Of a DNA stretch of 64,000 nucleotides, positions 61,501 to 64,000 are shown piece by piece (within the stretch, counting starts at the first letter, position 1; the number at the start of each line of letters is the position of its first letter). Made by a program: the position numbers and the translations under genes. Where the stretch lies: contig JAMWBK010000007.1 in assembly GCA_029953675.1 (NCBI GenBank), forward strand, positions 1,240,001 to 1,304,000, read 5' to 3'. Under the pieces are notes generated by a model, which saw only the letters and a list, made by a program, of their open reading frames with translations, was not told the DNA's origin and did no database searches. The stretch comes from Rhodosorus marinus CCMP1338. Taxonomy: Eukaryota > Plantae > Rhodophyta.

Positions 61501-61832
61501 AGATCGCACTTTGACTAAGTCATACGATTTTTTCACTCATCCACATGAGAAACCGGTCAAGGATAAAAAAAAAAAACATCAGCCCCCCAAGGTCAAAAGT
61601 TCTTAATCCACAGTCGGTACCATGCAGTGCATCGCCCCGCGTTTTCTAAACCACATGAATAAAACCACCATACAAGCAATCCCCACGAAAACTCTTTGGA
61701 CCAAACCCGGTGCGTCTCGAGTAAACCTGTTCCCCAATAGAGGGGTTCGTGGGCTTGGGCGATTCACACGCAAATTTTCCATGATATCGCACATATGGTT
61801 TCACTTTAACAATTTGACTTGCGTCAATTTAT

Positions 61833-63761
61833 CTAGTAATCAGGAACGCCGTCGATGATATTCTTTCCTGGTCCTCCATCTACGATGTTGTTACCGCCGC
61901 CGCTTTCTATGATATCGTTTCCCTTTCCGCCGGTGATGTTATCATCGCCATCCCCGGCTATGAGAACGTCATTCCCGTCCTCTCCCGCCACATTGTTGTT
62001 CCCACCGTCCAACTTGACAGTATCGTCTCCCTTTCCGCCCAACACTTCATGATCCTTATCGGACCTCCCCTGAACGTCATCGTTCCCAGCCTCGCCATAC
62101 ACAGTTCCACCGGCGTACGCTACAATCTGGTCCTCACCGTCTCCTCCAAAAATAGTAGCCTCGGTGTCGAATACTTTGACGATGTCGTCATCTCCGTCCC
62201 CGTGTATCTCAACTACCTTCTCCGCGTATTTACCGTCATAAAAAAAATCCGTGCCTGACACATGGAAGTAGTCCTTGCCATCGTTGCCGTTGAGGTCGAG
62301 GGTATAAAAACTGTTCACCTCAAGGTTGTCATCTCCCTCGCCCAAACTCACGCTCAGCAGATCTTCGTAGGAACTCCTGGAATTAGCTGTTACATTATCG
62401 TCTCCTGGGCCAGCATCGATACTATGATCAAAGGATGAACCGGTGGACGACATTCTTATCCTATCATCTCCATCACCGCCGCTGACACTTTGTGGGCCAG
62501 ACCCGCCAATGTAGAGATCATCATTACCATCCCCTCCGACAATCACTGGTCCGCGGTCAGAATATCCAACATCATCGTAGAAGCTTCTGATATAATCGTC
62601 GCCATCGCCACCATTGTTGTATCGTCCTCCCAACATTGTATCGTTACCACCTCCTCCATGTTTGCTAAAGCCACCACTCATGAAGTCATCCCCTTCACCG
62701 CCGATAGCATTTGACCCAAAGTCGGGAAACAGCATGTCGTCACCGTCCCCTCCAGAGATGTAATCCGATGTATACGCGTCGGCAGGATAAGAACCAGATC
62801 TTCCATTTTTGGATACAATTGTATCATTGCCACCCTCTCCAAACTTCCGGTCGAAGTCCTCCTCCCCGTTTAAATAGTCGTTACCATTGCCTCCGTACAA
62901 ATAATCATCTTGATATCCTCCCAACAATGTGTCGTCACCATCCTCGCCATACATGATGTCGTATCCTTTCTCCCCTCGAAGCATATCCCTATTTTTGCCT
63001 CCGAACAGCATGTCGTTCCCGTCTCCGCCGTATATATGGTCTTTACCGCCTAGCCCGTGGATCTTGTCATTGCCCGCAAGACCAAAGATCAGGTCCGTCT
63101 CGTCCGTTCCATGGATGACATCTGATCCTTCCGTGCCATAGATCCGATTCACTAAATCGCAGGTCATCCTAACGCCATCGCATACTGGACGATTACGGCC
63201 ACTAATAACGCCCTTACTCCGTGATCTGCATTTCTTGGCCCACGGGATTGCCTTCATGTGCTCCCCAGTGTCCTTGTCAGTAACAATCATCTCGGGCGAC
63301 ATGAACATTTTTGCTTTGCAGCAGGGCGCCTTCGAGAGAATCGTATCTGGACAGAGGAGCAAAGAGGTCACATCACCTCCATCCCGAGGAGGATGTTCCG
63401 TCACGGGGTGTGAAGCACTGCCCGCCTGCTTTTCATTGGTTCCCATAATACCGCGAACCTCTCTGAAGCGAAAGCCAGGGTAAACTTTGAACCTCATCTT
63501 CAAGCATTGGTTCGTTGAAGAGAAGCAAACGAATCCGAGTTTACCACTTGCATCAATCACATCGTCAAGTACGCGCCCCTCTCTGACCATAGGTACGCAG
63601 TATTTCTTCTTCGAGTCAATATACCATTTGTTCGAGTTGAAAATGTACTTAACCTTGTCCGGAAGGCCAAAAAAATTCTGATCCACGCAAGTACTGTCCC
63701 CTCCAAATACTGTTCTCACAGCAAACAGCGCCCAGCCGAGAACCAACAACACGCGGACCAT
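61833..63761 (-). CDS. Secreted protein with N-terminal Cys-rich domain and RTX/hemolysin-type Ca-binding nonapeptide repeats
   Basis: Signal peptide MVRVLLVLGWALFAVRTVFG, Cys-rich ~190-aa domain, then many GGxGxDxUx repeats (GLAGNDKIH, GLGGKDHIY, GGDGNDMLF, GGKGNDIIE...). No intron. Confidence 0.9.
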   Translation of the reverse strand: MVRVLLVLGWALFAVRTVFGGDSTCVDQNFFGLPDKVKYIFNSNKWYIDSKKKYCVPMVREGRVLDDVIDASGKLGFVCFSSTNQCLKMRFKVYPGFRFREVRGIMGTNEKQAGSASHPVTEHPPRDGGDVTSLLLCPDTILSKAPCCKAKMFMSPEMIVTDKDTGEHMKAIPWAKKCRSRSKGVISGRNRPVCDGVRMTCDLVNRIYGTEGSDVIHGTDETDLIFGLAGNDKIHGLGGKDHIYGGDGNDMLFGGKNRDMLRGEKGYDIMYGEDGDDTLLGGYQDDYLYGGNGNDYLNGEEDFDRKFGEGGNDTIVSKNGRSGSYPADAYTSDYISGGDGDDMLFPDFGSNAIGGEGDDFMSGGFSKHGGGGNDTMLGGRYNNGGDGDDYIRSFYDDVGYSDRGPVIVGGDGNDDLYIGGSGPQSVSGGDGDDRIRMSSTGSSFDHSIDAGPGDDNVTANSRSSYEDLLSVSLGEGDDNLEVNSFYTLDLNGNDGKDYFHVSGTDFFYDGKYAEKVVEIHGDGDDDIVKVFDTEATIFGGDGEDQIVAYAGGTVYGEAGNDDVQGRSDKDHEVLGGKGDDTVKLDGGNNNVAGEDGNDVLIAGDGDDNITGGKGNDIIESGGGNNIVDGGPGKNIIDGVPDY

Positions 63762-64000
63762 CGCGGATACTTCTCAACACAATTCACTCGGACAGATCAC
63801 TCGTTTCCCTAAAACACACTCGCGGATCTCCCAGGCCTCCCTCCGCTCCCAGGACTTCGAACTCTCTCAGAACCCTACAGTCACCACTCTCTTCACCACC
63901 AAGTAAAAGGACGACCACCATTCCCTGGAACCCAACAGAACCCCATATTATAAATGATGGTTGTAGTTTGTAAAACTGTAAACCTATCCTTTAGAAACGG

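Noticed and set aside
1-64000. tRNA, rRNA, snRNA genes and telomeric repeat arrays
   Set aside because: No cloverleaf, conserved rRNA or snRNA motif, or short tandem telomere array was recognised by eye. tRNAscan-SE or Infernal would be needed to exclude them formally.

Overview
Eukaryotic nuclear DNA with short GT-AG introns and dense genes; a red alga or similar compact protist is my inference. The window has two compartments. The first ~22 kb is ordinary housekeeping territory with intron-containing genes: CPSF3, an ILR3-type bHLH-ZIP, TMEM70-like, TTD14-like AAA_28/CYTH, BRAWNIN/DUF4516-like, ALG9, PPIL4/CYP59, Ac45/VOA1-TM-like and STT3. From ~22.4 to ~61.5 kb is a transposon-saturated island dominated by two related families (here A and B) of non-LTR retrotransposons. 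Both encode RT, a CCHC finger and a restriction-like endonuclease (RLE; CRE-like) plus a separate, unfamiliar ORF1. A near-intact A copy (54066-58860, minus) sits inside the RT of a full-length B copy (51128-60665, plus), with a 10-bp target duplication. A second A copy (37140-41990) and many 3'-end fragments are present, arranged as tail-to-tail palindromes and a ~700-bp satellite. The junctions preserve apparent mechanistic footprints: snap-back hairpins at 5' ends, an apparent template jump inside a TSD, and family-specific microsatellite tails. The only host genes in or beside the island are predicted secreted or extracellular repeat proteins with no intron seen: a tandem Cys-domain protein, an ShKT/Asp-rich/Arg-Cys protein, a 33-bp-repeat mucin-like ORF and an RTX Ca-binding protein. 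No tRNA, rRNA or CRISPR array was seen. All family assignments are by motif recognition by eye; no database search was run.
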